A stretch of 64,000 nt of DNA from Dehalococcoidia bacterium (GCA_965200065.1 CBDATF010000001.1:986012-1050011), one strand, 5' to 3'; shown: positions 37,396-46,411, counted from the stretch's first letter. Notes: generated by a model from the letters alone, not told the origin. Numbers and translations: made by a program.

Positions 37396-38148
37396 CTACC
37401 CCCGCCCAATGTAAAGCTGCTCATTCGGTATCACGATCGCTTCGAGCATGTTGACTTCGGGTGGAAGGGTTGCCATTAGGAGGGCAGTGCGGGCGATGTT
37501 GTCTACGTCCATCATGGGCTCGGGGCCTTCGTCGCGGCCGGAGCCGGAGCGGCCGTCCATGCGACGCTCTACGAGGACGTTGCCGGGGTGGAGGGCGCTG
37601 ACGGCGATGTTGATGTCGCGACCTTCGATGGCGGCTGATTGGGTGAGACCCCAGACGGCGTGTTTGCTGGTTGTGTATGCAGCAGAACTATGTCGGGCAC
37701 GTTGTGCGGCGATGCTGCCGATGTTGATGATCCGGCCGCCACCTTGCGGACGCATTATCTTGAATGCCTCTTTGGTGCAGTAGAACATCCCGGTCACGTT
37801 GGTATCCATGACGCGTGCCCATTTTTCAGCGCTGAGCGATTCGATAGCGTCGCCCTCGACGGAGCCGGAATTGTTGACGAGGATGTCGAGCCTTCCGTGA
37901 TTGCCCATCACATGCTCGAATACTGACTTGACGCTGGCCTCATCAGTTACGTCCATGGTGATGGCGTCTACTGAAGCGTTGGCTTCGGCAGCGATCTCAT
38001 CTGCCGTCGCCTTGAGCCGTTCCATGTTGCGGGCGGCGATTGTGACGTTGGCGCCGGCGTTGGCAAAGATTCTTGCTATGCCTTTGCCGATACCGGTTCC
38101 CCCACCGGTGACGAGTGCGATTTTGCCGTCTAGTGATTCCTTAGTCAA
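37396..38148 (-). CDS. Short-chain dehydrogenase/reductase (classical SDR)
   Basis: 250 aa with ALVTGGGTGIGKG, NNSG, and the catalytic S...YxxxK (AAYTTSKHA). Confidence 0.9.
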   Translation of the reverse strand: MTKESLDGKIALVTGGGTGIGKGIARIFANAGANVTIAARNMERLKATADEIAAEANASVDAITMDVTDEASVKSVFEHVMGNHGRLDILVNNSGSVEGDAIESLSAEKWARVMDTNVTGMFYCTKEAFKIMRPQGGGRIINIGSIAAQRARHSSAAYTTSKHAVWGLTQSAAIEGRDINIAVSALHPGNVLVERRMDGRSGSGRDEGPEPMMDVDNIARTALLMATLPPEVNMLEAIVIPNEQLYIGRG

Positions 38149-38172
38149 GAGTATCCTCCGATTGATGTTGGT

Positions 38173-39711
38173 CTAGGTTGATGTCGGTTCCGGTTCTGAT
38201 TTGCCGGGTTTTGTCATGAATGATGTGAATAGCGCCAGCACTACGAATGCGGTTGCTACGAAGTAAGCATATTGCCATCCGGCAAGAAAGGCGGGGCCGG
38301 CTTCGGGAGTATCTGCAAGATCTCCGAGGGGGATGTCGAAGCCGCGTGCGATCATGATGCCGGCGATGATGGCAGTGATGATTGCCTGTCCGCTCACGTT
38401 GCCCAGATTGCGGGTGAGATTGATGATGGCGCTCACCAAGCCGTATGATGAGCGCGGCACGGCCCCCATAGTGGCGCTGGCGTTAGGGGCCGACCAGGCG
38501 CCCATCGCAAGTCCATTGATGATTACAACGCCAGAGATATAGATGATGTTCGTAGTGTCGTTCAGCGTTGCCAGTGCGATGCCGGTGAAGACTTGGACGA
38601 TGAAGCCACCCATCATGAATGGGCGGGTTCCGTACTGATCGGATAGGCGTCCGAAGACCTGTGCGCCGATTCCCATTCCGACGGCGGATAGCAGCATGAC
38701 GCCGGATGCGATCAGTTCTGACCAGCCGCGAAATGCGATGAGGTAGATGGGCAACACGAACAGGGTAGCGGATGATCTCATAAACGCAAGATATCGAGTA
38801 GCAACTGCATATTTGAAGACTTGGAGTTTGAAGAGCCGCAGATCGACCATCGGTGTCGGGGTTCGCAGTTGCCACCAGATGAATGCGGCGAGAGTCATGA
38901 TCCCAGCAAAAGCACCGCCGATGATGATGGGGGAGGCCCATGGTAGCGCGAGGGGATTGGTTATCGTCAGGATGATGATGGCGGTTGCGATGGCGGAGAG
39001 TCCGGCGCCAAGCCAGTCGTATGGAGGACGTTTGTCACCAGAGAACGATCCGATGCGCTCGTCTTTCAGGATGTAAAGGCCCCATACGAAGGCGATGAAT
39101 GTCGGTATCGCCATGATGATGAAGAGTGCCTGCCAAGGAAAGAATGCGAGCGTGACGCCGGCAACGATCGGGCCGGTGGCGCCGCCGATGGCCACGGCGG
39201 TGGTTTGGCTGCCAAGGGCTTTGCCGCGCTCATTTGCTGGGAATACTGATGTGGTGATAGCCGTCGATACGGCCTGACCCATCGAGCTGCCGATAGCCAT
39301 GATGACGCGGGTGACGATTAAAAATGTCAGACTGGTTGCGAAGGCACATGCGATCGCACCGCCACCGAACAGCACTAATCCAATCAAGTGGAACCGCTTG
39401 CGACCGATCATGTCGGCCACTTTCCCGAGCGGGAGCATGAACGAACTGACCGTCAACGACTGTGCAATAACGAGCAGTGAAGCCTCTTTGAAGGTGATTA
39501 CAAAGTCTTCAGCTATGGCTGGCAAGGCCAGAAATAGGATGCTGAAACTCATGACCATCGTCACGAGTGATAGTCCTACGGCCCAGAAGGCGCGCCACTT
39601 GTACCATGCGTTTTCGGGCGCGCCGGGATCCCATGCTTCCACGTTGGGATCGGGTGGTGAAATACTTTGAGAACTTGCCAAGGTGAAGAGCGGACTGGAT
39701 CCAGACTTCAC
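38173..39711 (-). CDS. MFS transporter, 14-helix drug:H+ antiporter (DHA2/EmrB-like) type
   Basis: 512 aa, strongly hydrophobic, with the MFS loop motif GKVADMIGRKR and about 14 hydrophobic segments by eye. Confidence 0.8.
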   Translation of the reverse strand: MKSGSSPLFTLASSQSISPPDPNVEAWDPGAPENAWYKWRAFWAVGLSLVTMVMSFSILFLALPAIAEDFVITFKEASLLVIAQSLTVSSFMLPLGKVADMIGRKRFHLIGLVLFGGGAIACAFATSLTFLIVTRVIMAIGSSMGQAVSTAITTSVFPANERGKALGSQTTAVAIGGATGPIVAGVTLAFFPWQALFIIMAIPTFIAFVWGLYILKDERIGSFSGDKRPPYDWLGAGLSAIATAIIILTITNPLALPWASPIIIGGAFAGIMTLAAFIWWQLRTPTPMVDLRLFKLQVFKYAVATRYLAFMRSSATLFVLPIYLIAFRGWSELIASGVMLLSAVGMGIGAQVFGRLSDQYGTRPFMMGGFIVQVFTGIALATLNDTTNIIYISGVVIINGLAMGAWSAPNASATMGAVPRSSYGLVSAIINLTRNLGNVSGQAIITAIIAGIMIARGFDIPLGDLADTPEAGPAFLAGWQYAYFVATAFVVLALFTSFMTKPGKSEPEPTST

Positions 39712-39723
39712 CCAATCCGATTT

Positions 39724-39744
39724 ACGTTAGGTTAACCCTAACGT
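39724..39744. promoter_or_regulatory. Near-perfect 21-bp palindrome between the ABC-2 permease stop and the MFS start (operator or terminator hairpin)
   Basis: ACGTTAGG-TTAAC-CCTAACGT. Nine of the ten symmetric pairs match. It lies 13 nt upstream of the MFS ATG and 39 nt downstream of the permease stop. Confidence 0.3.
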
Positions 39745-39782
39745 CAAGCGCGCGTGAAATGTAAGCGAACTGGCAGTGCGCG

Positions 39783-40529
39783 CTAGTGCACATCCATGCG
39801 CTTGAGACGCCACACGGTTGCGAGGTTGCATCCGATGATGACTACGAGCAGGGCGATTATTGAGTAGATTAGCGGTGGCAACTGATTGATGCCTGAGGTA
39901 TCGGATACGACCAGGCTTGGGTCGAGTTCCGACATTATCGACAGGGTGATGCCGCTGATACTGACGTACTTCAGTCCGGGGACGACGGAAGATATCAGTG
40001 CTTCAAACGCAAACACGTAGATGATACCGAAGACGACGGCGCGGGTGGTGAAGACGCCGACGCATGCGAATAGCGATACGAAGGCGGTTGCACCAATCAT
40101 CATTCCGAAGGCGGCAACGATGGCCGGGGTGTAATCACCATCCCGTAAGAGTATCAGCACCGAGATGAATACCGTGATGGCGATGGGAATCGCGACTACC
40201 GTGACGGCGGCGACGACCTTTGGCAGGACTATCTGCCACCGCGATATCGGCGACAGTATCAGGTTGGTCAAGGTGTTGTCTTCAATCTCATCAGCGAAGG
40301 CCCGCGCCGCAACGATGAGCGCGATTAAGGGCAACGTGATGTTTGTCACTGCCGCTTGGATGAAGTACTGCATGTCCTCATTGCTCAGTTCAGCATCGCG
40401 GTTGCCTAACCAACTAATGAGTGCCAACGCCAGCGGGATCGACGCGACCAGAAGCAATACGATCAGCCGTCGCAAGGTAAGCGATTGACGCAGTGAAAGG
40501 ACGAAGATTGTTTCGGTGATCGTGCCCAT
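39783..40529 (-). CDS. ABC-2-type transporter permease
   Basis: 248 aa with about six hydrophobic segments. The start overlaps the stop of the upstream ATPase gene (shared base 40529). Confidence 0.65.
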   Translation of the reverse strand: MGTITETIFVLSLRQSLTLRRLIVLLLVASIPLALALISWLGNRDAELSNEDMQYFIQAAVTNITLPLIALIVAARAFADEIEDNTLTNLILSPISRWQIVLPKVVAAVTVVAIPIAITVFISVLILLRDGDYTPAIVAAFGMMIGATAFVSLFACVGVFTTRAVVFGIIYVFAFEALISSVVPGLKYVSISGITLSIMSELDPSLVVSDTSGINQLPPLIYSIIALLVVIIGCNLATVWRLKRMDVH

Positions 40530-41470
40530 TATCCTTCAACCAGGTACGAGAAGACGCTTTCGAGCGAGTCGTCAATCGGCTGAACCATTCGGAGCCGAAT
40601 GCCGTGCTTCTGAGCCAGCACCGGAAGTTCCAACTGCAACACAGCCACATTTGTGGTCAGCACGATCATAGAGCCGTCGTGCTCAAACTGTATCGACTGC
40701 ACAGCTGGTAGGTTGGCTAACGCGCCGGCAAGCAATCTCGGTTCGGAACACTCGATCTTGACGTGATATGGGCGGTCGTCCAATGCTTCACGAATGGCGT
40801 GAAATTCGCCTTGAGCAGCTAGTTTGCCATTGACTACCAGAACGACGGTCTCGCTGACTTCCTCAACCTCTTCCAGAATGTGGGATGAGATGATGACGGA
40901 ACGCCCCTCATCGGCAGTTTGGTGCAGTATCTCCTGGAAGCGTAGTCGCTGAGTCGGATCCGCGCCGTTCAGCGGTTCATCGAGTATCAGAAGCTCCGGA
41001 TCGCCGATTAGAGCAGCGGCAAGCCGGATGCGCTGTCGCATGCCGCGTGAGTAGGTGGAAATCTTCCGATCCTGCGCAAAGGACATGTCGACCCGCGCGA
41101 TAGCATTCTCCAGTTCCGACTTTTCACGACGTAGGTCCTTAAGACGCGCTGATAGCCGCACGAACTCAAGCCCGGTCATAAACTCGTATGCCGACTCATG
41201 TTCAGTCATGATGCCGATGCGACGATAGATCTCGTTGTCGCTGCGCGGATCGATTCCGAACAGTCGGACTTCACCTTCGGATGCTGAGTAGAGCCCGCAA
41301 ATCATGCGCAGCAACGTCGTCTTGCCGGCGCCGTTCGGTCCGAGGATGCCGGTGATGCCGGAGCCGATGTTCAGGGTCACATCGCTGACCGCCACGACGT
41401 TGCCGAACCATTTCGAGACGGACGTTAGAGATACAACGGTATCCGATGCGGTTTGAGCCTGTGCAACCAT
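40529..41470 (-). CDS. ABC transporter ATP-binding protein
   Basis: Walker A GPNGAGKTT, signature YSRGMRQR, Walker B LLILDEP. I chose the start at ATG 41470 (MVAQAQT...) because the longer ORF to 41509 would overlap the upstream permease. Confidence 0.9.
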   Translation of the reverse strand: MVAQAQTASDTVVSLTSVSKWFGNVVAVSDVTLNIGSGITGILGPNGAGKTTLLRMICGLYSASEGEVRLFGIDPRSDNEIYRRIGIMTEHESAYEFMTGLEFVRLSARLKDLRREKSELENAIARVDMSFAQDRKISTYSRGMRQRIRLAAALIGDPELLILDEPLNGADPTQRLRFQEILHQTADEGRSVIISSHILEEVEEVSETVVLVVNGKLAAQGEFHAIREALDDRPYHVKIECSEPRLLAGALANLPAVQSIQFEHDGSMIVLTTNVAVLQLELPVLAQKHGIRLRMVQPIDDSLESVFSYLVEG

Positions 41471-41474
41471 CTCT

Positions 41475-42392
41475 CTATCTCGTCGCTTTATAGAAGCGCC
41501 AGAAGGCAAATATCGAACCGGCAGTAAGGGCGATTAGCCAAGCTATCGGTACCAGCATGTTCAGTTCGTACGTTTCGGAGTAGGTGTCGAAGATGATGGC
41601 AGGCGTTACCGTGGAGAGCAGGTTGATCAGGTCCAACATCCTTATTATTTCCTCGCCCCAGGGTTGCAGATCGAGGAGCGAGATAATCAATTCAGTGAAT
41701 CCTAATAAGACCATGATGCCAACTGCTATCAAGGTGGCGATCATGCGTCTATCAGTTAGCGAACTTACCGCGAAGATGAAAGAAGCGGTTACAACTGCGA
41801 ATATCGTAGTGAAGCCGAGGAAGCGCGGGATGTTGAGCCAGTTGTCTTGCATATACTCGACGGCATCTGGAACTCCCAGCATCAACCCGATCCAAAGGGT
41901 CAGATGCGGCAACGTTGCGGCGGCGAAGAGCAGCACCAGCAAAGCGCACCACCTGGCGCCAAGATAGTCGATCATCATGATCGGACGCACAAAGAAGAGA
42001 TGAATGACTTGATTCCTGCGGTCTGGGCAGATCAGCTCGGGCCCGGTAAATGATCCGAATACCAGCAGCAGGAAAGTGGTGGCCGATATCAGATCGGTAT
42101 GTCCGGGCAGGTCGATGGGATATGAACCATCACCGGTATCGACATCGATTCCGAGTTGTTCGAAGAAGGCGGCCATGGCGGCAAAGACCAGACCGATGAT
42201 TATGGCCGGGGATACCACTAGCCAGGGCAGGAATTTCGCCCATCCGCCGCGTCCGATGCCCATGCCGTTCTTTATGCCGTCCCAGAAAATGGCGCGCCAG
42301 GCACGCTCGCGCCCCTCTCGATCACCTTGGTACGACTGGTAACCGATATCGAAAACGGCGCCAGTGCGCGTTGTTTGATCGCTGTTTGCCAT
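41475..42392 (-). CDS. ABC-2-like transporter permease with a cytoplasmic N-terminal extension
   Basis: 305 aa. The soluble N-terminus (VFDIGYQSYQGDREGRERAW) is followed by about six hydrophobic segments. It sits 4 nt downstream of an ABC ATPase gene. Confidence 0.6.
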   Translation of the reverse strand: MANSDQTTRTGAVFDIGYQSYQGDREGRERAWRAIFWDGIKNGMGIGRGGWAKFLPWLVVSPAIIIGLVFAAMAAFFEQLGIDVDTGDGSYPIDLPGHTDLISATTFLLLVFGSFTGPELICPDRRNQVIHLFFVRPIMMIDYLGARWCALLVLLFAAATLPHLTLWIGLMLGVPDAVEYMQDNWLNIPRFLGFTTIFAVVTASFIFAVSSLTDRRMIATLIAVGIMVLLGFTELIISLLDLQPWGEEIIRMLDLINLLSTVTPAIIFDTYSETYELNMLVPIAWLIALTAGSIFAFWRFYKATR

Positions 42393-42396
42393 CTCT

Positions 42397-43308
42397 TCAG
42401 TTGGTGCGGAACAGGTCTATCAAACTGCGTTGGCGCGGACCGATGCGAACCAGACGCGCCTCGGCGGCTACCAGGGAGTCGCGGATGGCGTCAAACATGG
42501 ACCCATCAACATCCGGTATCGAGACGGCGATTCCGTCAAGGGAATGATGAATCTGTCGGTTGCTCAACTGGGACATGAAACGGTCGCGATTGTTAGCGAC
42601 CTCAACGTAGATCAGCTCCGTCTCTTGCGTCAGTGAAGCGACATCGGATGATGCCTTTACACGTCCGTTGTCGAGCAGAACGATGTTGTCACAGATGCGC
42701 TCTACGTCGTGCATCAGATGAGTTGAGAGAACGACGCTGATGCCGAAGTCGCGTGCAATTCGACGGATCAACTCAAGCATCTCCACGCGCCCCGTCGGGT
42801 CCAATCCCGCAGTCGGCTCGTCAAGGAGTATCAATACGGGGTCATGCACGAGTGCTTGAGCAAGTTTGACGCGTTGCTTCATACCGGTCGAGTAGCCGCC
42901 TATAGGGCGGTATCGCTCCTCGAATAGCCCTACGTGCCGCAGAGTGTCGGCGGCCAGGGCACGTGAGCGGGATGGCGGTATGCCGCTAATTTCAGCCATG
43001 TGATTGAGGAAGTACGACGCGGCCTGGTTTGGTGGCAAGCAATCATGTTCCGGCATGTAGCCTAAACGTGCACGCGCGGTGGGATTGCGGGCATCGGCAC
43101 CCATCACCAGCGCACTGCCCGAGGTGGCGTCTGCCAAGCCGAGAAAGATGCGTATCGCCGTGCTTTTGCCAGCTCCGTTAGGTCCCAGCAAGCCGGTGAT
43201 GCCGGCCCCGACTTTGAAGGATACCGAGTCGAGTGCCGTAACAGGACCATACTGCTTGGTCAATGACTGCGCTTCAAGCAGTGGCACAGACTGTTCGTGA
43301 CGGCTCAT
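42397..43308 (-). CDS. ABC transporter ATP-binding protein
   Basis: Walker A GPNGAGKST, signature YSTGMKQR, Walker B LILLDEPTAGLD. Confidence 0.9.
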   Translation of the reverse strand: MSRHEQSVPLLEAQSLTKQYGPVTALDSVSFKVGAGITGLLGPNGAGKSTAIRIFLGLADATSGSALVMGADARNPTARARLGYMPEHDCLPPNQAASYFLNHMAEISGIPPSRSRALAADTLRHVGLFEERYRPIGGYSTGMKQRVKLAQALVHDPVLILLDEPTAGLDPTGRVEMLELIRRIARDFGISVVLSTHLMHDVERICDNIVLLDNGRVKASSDVASLTQETELIYVEVANNRDRFMSQLSNRQIHHSLDGIAVSIPDVDGSMFDAIRDSLVAAEARLVRIGPRQRSLIDLFRTN

Positions 43309-43392
43309 AGAGTGTAAGGTTGCTGGGGAAGTACTAACAAAGTATCAAGATTGCCGATAAAGTACTAGTCTACAAGTCGGCAATATATCGAG

Positions 43393-44226
43393 TTAGACAT
43401 CCAGCCGGTAGAACTCGATTGCCGTCTTGCCGAAAACAAAGTCAGCTTGCTCCTCTGGCAGGTTCTTCAGCATCTCACGGACCGAGTTGGCCCAGCGCGG
43501 ATAGGTCGTTGCCTGGGTGGAGACTGGCCAGTCGGATCCGAACATCAGCCGATCGACGCCGAACATCCCGACTACGTGGTGGACGTAGGGGAGCAGGTCG
43601 TCATTCGTCCAATTATCCATGTCGGCTTCAGTCGTCATGCCGGATAGTTTGCAGCGCATCCCGTCGATGCTGGCCACGTCGCGCATCCGGCTCAACCACG
43701 GTTCAACCTCTCCACCTGCGATATCGGGCTTCGCAATGTGGTCGATAACGGCCCTGAGGTCTGGCACGTGTTCCATAATGCGCGGCACGAATGGCAGGTT
43801 CCACGGCCGAACCAGAAAGTCGTAGCAGAGACCGCGTCGCTCAATCTCCCTGAGGCCGTTGATTGGCGCGTCGCCAGCGAGCCAGCCGTGATATTCATCC
43901 ATCTCCCAGAGATGACGCACGCCCTTGAAGTAGGGACTCTGCTGCAGATCGTCCAGCGTGGTGCCGACATCCGGGTCGCTCAGGTCGACCCAACCGACTA
44001 CTCCGGCGACAAAATCGCTGTTCTCGGCGATCTCAAGACACCACTTCGTCTCTTCGACCGAGGCGTGAGCCTGCACTATGACGGTCTTGTCTACGCCGGC
44101 TTCGGCGAGCAGGGGAGCGAGTTCATTCGGTCCGTAGTTGACCCGCAACGGGCTGCCTTCTGGCATCCAATCGTAGGCCCGTAAACTCAAATCCCAGAAG
44201 TGGTGGTGGCTGTCAACTACTGTCAT
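43393..44226 (-). CDS. Amidohydrolase-2 (TIM-barrel metal-dependent hydrolase) family protein
   Basis: 277 aa with an N-terminal VVDSHHHFWDL metal-binding motif and a C-terminal LMFGSDWPV. Confidence 0.85.
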   Translation of the reverse strand: MTVVDSHHHFWDLSLRAYDWMPEGSPLRVNYGPNELAPLLAEAGVDKTVIVQAHASVEETKWCLEIAENSDFVAGVVGWVDLSDPDVGTTLDDLQQSPYFKGVRHLWEMDEYHGWLAGDAPINGLREIERRGLCYDFLVRPWNLPFVPRIMEHVPDLRAVIDHIAKPDIAGGEVEPWLSRMRDVASIDGMRCKLSGMTTEADMDNWTNDDLLPYVHHVVGMFGVDRLMFGSDWPVSTQATTYPRWANSVREMLKNLPEEQADFVFGKTAIEFYRLDV

Positions 44227-44296
44227 AGTGCGGAGTTATCCGCGCCGAGTCAATGACTCGGCGCACTAATGATGTTTTTCGGAGTTGGGGGAAGCG

Positions 44297-45019
44297 TTAT
44301 CGCGCGATCGTGCCGATGGCGGAGGTGCCGCGGATGGCAGTGCCGTGACTTCCGGCGAAGTTGGCATCGCCGAACCAGAGCACGCCGTCCTTGCTGGAGA
44401 GACCGTGTATAAACGGGTCATCGTCACCCATCGTGACGCGGTCCATTTCAGCACCGCTCTCTTTGTCGTACAGAACAACGACGTTGTCGGTCGTGTGTGC
44501 GCACCAGATGCCGTCGTCGCCCTCAAGCGCGAGCCCGTGCAGGCGTTCCAATTCAACCTCGAACTTGTGAACCACCTTGAAGTCGTCAGACGGGTCTACC
44601 AAGATGATGGCCTTGGGACTGAAAGCCGTGACCCAGAGCAGGTTTTCATCGTGGTCCCACTCGATGCCGTGGATGCCGCCACCGTCGGGAGTGCGCCAGC
44701 GATCGACCGTCTCGCCAGTGTCCATGTCGAGCTTGATGACGTAACCGAGGTGCGTGTCCGTGCTACGGTATGGCCGCGAAACGGTACCGCCGTTCGATCC
44801 GGTCCAGATGTGTCCGTCGCCGACCGTGATGCCGGAACCGTTTTCAGTCGCCGTGTAGATGGTCCGAAGCACGGCGCCGGCCTCGTCGATTACGTAGACG
44901 TTGTCGGTGAGCTGATCCATCACATAGAGCTCGTTGTTGTGCCACTGCAGCCCGTTGGGCATCTCGCAGGGCGACGGTATGGTGGTACCGACCATCGACT
45001 TTGTTGCTGTCATCGTCAT
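44297..45019 (-). CDS. Beta-propeller-like protein of unknown function
   Basis: Start reassigned to ATG 45019 (MTMTATKS...), which has GGAG 9 nt upstream. Repeated strand-rich segments (NELYVMDQ..., GHIWTGS..., NLLWVTA..., DGIWCAH..., GVLWFGD...) suggest propeller blades. No family assignment is possible by eye. Confidence 0.55.
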   Translation of the reverse strand: MTMTATKSMVGTTIPSPCEMPNGLQWHNNELYVMDQLTDNVYVIDEAGAVLRTIYTATENGSGITVGDGHIWTGSNGGTVSRPYRSTDTHLGYVIKLDMDTGETVDRWRTPDGGGIHGIEWDHDENLLWVTAFSPKAIILVDPSDDFKVVHKFEVELERLHGLALEGDDGIWCAHTTDNVVVLYDKESGAEMDRVTMGDDDPFIHGLSSKDGVLWFGDANFAGSHGTAIRGTSAIGTIAR

Positions 45020-45163
45020 TTTGAGTTTCTCCAATCTCAATGCGATATCTCGTGATATCTGTCGATGTAGTTTATCTTGAGTCGGCGCGTTAAGGGGTAT
45101 CTGCAATCACAAGGTGCGTGGATTGACGCGCTTAGGTAAGTGGGGCAGTGGGTTGGCAACGTA

Positions 45164-45188
45164 GAAATGTGATGAGCCGAAATGTGAT
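45164..45188. repeat. Two perfect copies of GAAATGTGAT spaced 15 bp start-to-start
   Basis: Copies at 45164-45173 and 45179-45188, both followed by (A)GAG. They lie in the 378-bp non-coding region upstream of the NYN gene. Confidence 0.5.
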
Positions 45189-45222
45189 AGAGTGAAGGTG
45201 TCAACGTAGGCGACTTTAATTT

Positions 45223-45241
45223 CCGTTGCAAATGGCAACGG
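45223..45241. other. Small hairpin CCGTTGC-AAATG-GCAACGG in the divergent intergenic region
   Basis: 7-bp perfect stem with a 5-nt loop, read directly from the sequence. Confidence 0.4.
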
Positions 45242-45397
45242 ACAAGATACTACGCAGTACTCAATCGCTTTACCCCTCCCATCGCCTACTGAAAAGAGAG
45301 TGCAAAGGTGCGGACACTTCAAATTTGGTGTGCCTGTGGATGCCAGAAACAGTCATATTTCAGGAGAATGCGATTGACATGAGAAGGAATTCAACGA

Positions 45398-46345
45398 ATG
45401 CGCAGCCAGACGATCGCGAACTCCGCGAACCGCCGCGTAATGATATTTATCGACGGCAGCAACCTATATCACGTACTTAAGAAGAACACTGACAAGAGAA
45501 ACCTCGACTACAAGAAATTCTCCGAACGGCTCTGTGGCGATCGTGAGCTGATTCGGACTTACTACTACAACATTCGCCACGAATCGCCCGACAATCCGAG
45601 GTTGGCCGAATCGCAAGACCGTTTTCTCAACGCGCTGTACGAGACCGACTATCTGGAAGTGAAGCTCGGAATATGGAAGCAGCGCGGGCAGACGATGGTC
45701 GAGAAGGGCGTCGATGTGATGATTGCTTCCGACCTCATCTCGCACGCATACGAAGACCATTACGACACGGCGATACTGGTAAGCGGCGATGCCGATTTCT
45801 ATCCGGCGCTGCAAGTCGTCAAAGATACCGGCAAACAGGTAGAAGTGGCGGCCTTCGATTCCAATCTTTCCTCCGAATCGGCACGCATATCAGATGTCGT
45901 AATCAAGTTCAACAGGAACTACTTCAACGGACTGTGGATGAGTGCCGACGAGCGCAACAGCACTCTGCGAACTGCTCGGATGCGAGAGACTGTTACGGAT
46001 GAAGCGGCCTCGCCAAATGGTGAGGACAAGAGTGCAAGCCGTTCCCGCAACGGCAGCCGCAGACCATTTGCCGATCGTTACTTCGAGCGGCGCAACATTT
46101 TGCTTAATGGTCGATCGGCTTCCCGCAACGGTAGCAATGGCGCCGCGCATCGCCGACCGGTGAAGCAATCTCGCCAGCCTGCTGGCAGACGCAGTTTAGG
46201 CATTTCTGAAGTTAATGCCGCAACCCCTCCAGATCTCCGCTCTGGGGTAGGTGTTGCAGAAGCGGATGAGACTAGCCGGAACGACGCCGGTTCAAAGAGT
46301 GGGACCGAGACGTGGCTCTCCAGGGTCTTTAAATCCCAGCAGTAA
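45398..46345 (+). CDS. NYN-domain (LabA/DUF88-like) predicted ribonuclease with an Arg/Ser/Asn/Gly-rich low-complexity C-terminal tail
   Basis: The N-terminal ~180 aa (VMIFIDGSNLYH...EKGVDVMIASDL...AILVSGDADFYPALQ) match the NYN/LabA pattern of conserved acidic residues. Residues ~190-315 are low-complexity (SRSRNGSRRP...GRSASRNGSNGAAHRRP...). AAGGA lies 9 nt upstream of the ATG. Confidence 0.8.
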   Translation: MRSQTIANSANRRVMIFIDGSNLYHVLKKNTDKRNLDYKKFSERLCGDRELIRTYYYNIRHESPDNPRLAESQDRFLNALYETDYLEVKLGIWKQRGQTMVEKGVDVMIASDLISHAYEDHYDTAILVSGDADFYPALQVVKDTGKQVEVAAFDSNLSSESARISDVVIKFNRNYFNGLWMSADERNSTLRTARMRETVTDEAASPNGEDKSASRSRNGSRRPFADRYFERRNILLNGRSASRNGSNGAAHRRPVKQSRQPAGRRSLGISEVNAATPPDLRSGVGVAEADETSRNDAGSKSGTETWLSRVFKSQQ

Positions 46346-46411
46346 ACGAAGCCTGCATTAGTGCCTGAAGCGGTGCTTATGCCGCCGGTTTGGCGTCGAT
46401 TTGTCTGATGC

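Noticed and set aside
44285-45055. 256-aa plus-strand ORF covering the same DNA as the beta-propeller gene.
   Set aside because: The translation is rich in V/R/D/A/G, as expected from the antisense frame of a real gene. It has no RBS and no motifs. The minus-strand ORF has a GGAG-ATG start and a protein-like sequence.
45037-45480. Small ORFs (64, 71 and 84 aa) in the 378-bp gap upstream of the NYN gene.
   Set aside because: They are Cys/His/Pro-rich or otherwise odd translations, mutually overlapping, with no RBS. The region is better treated as non-coding regulatory DNA.
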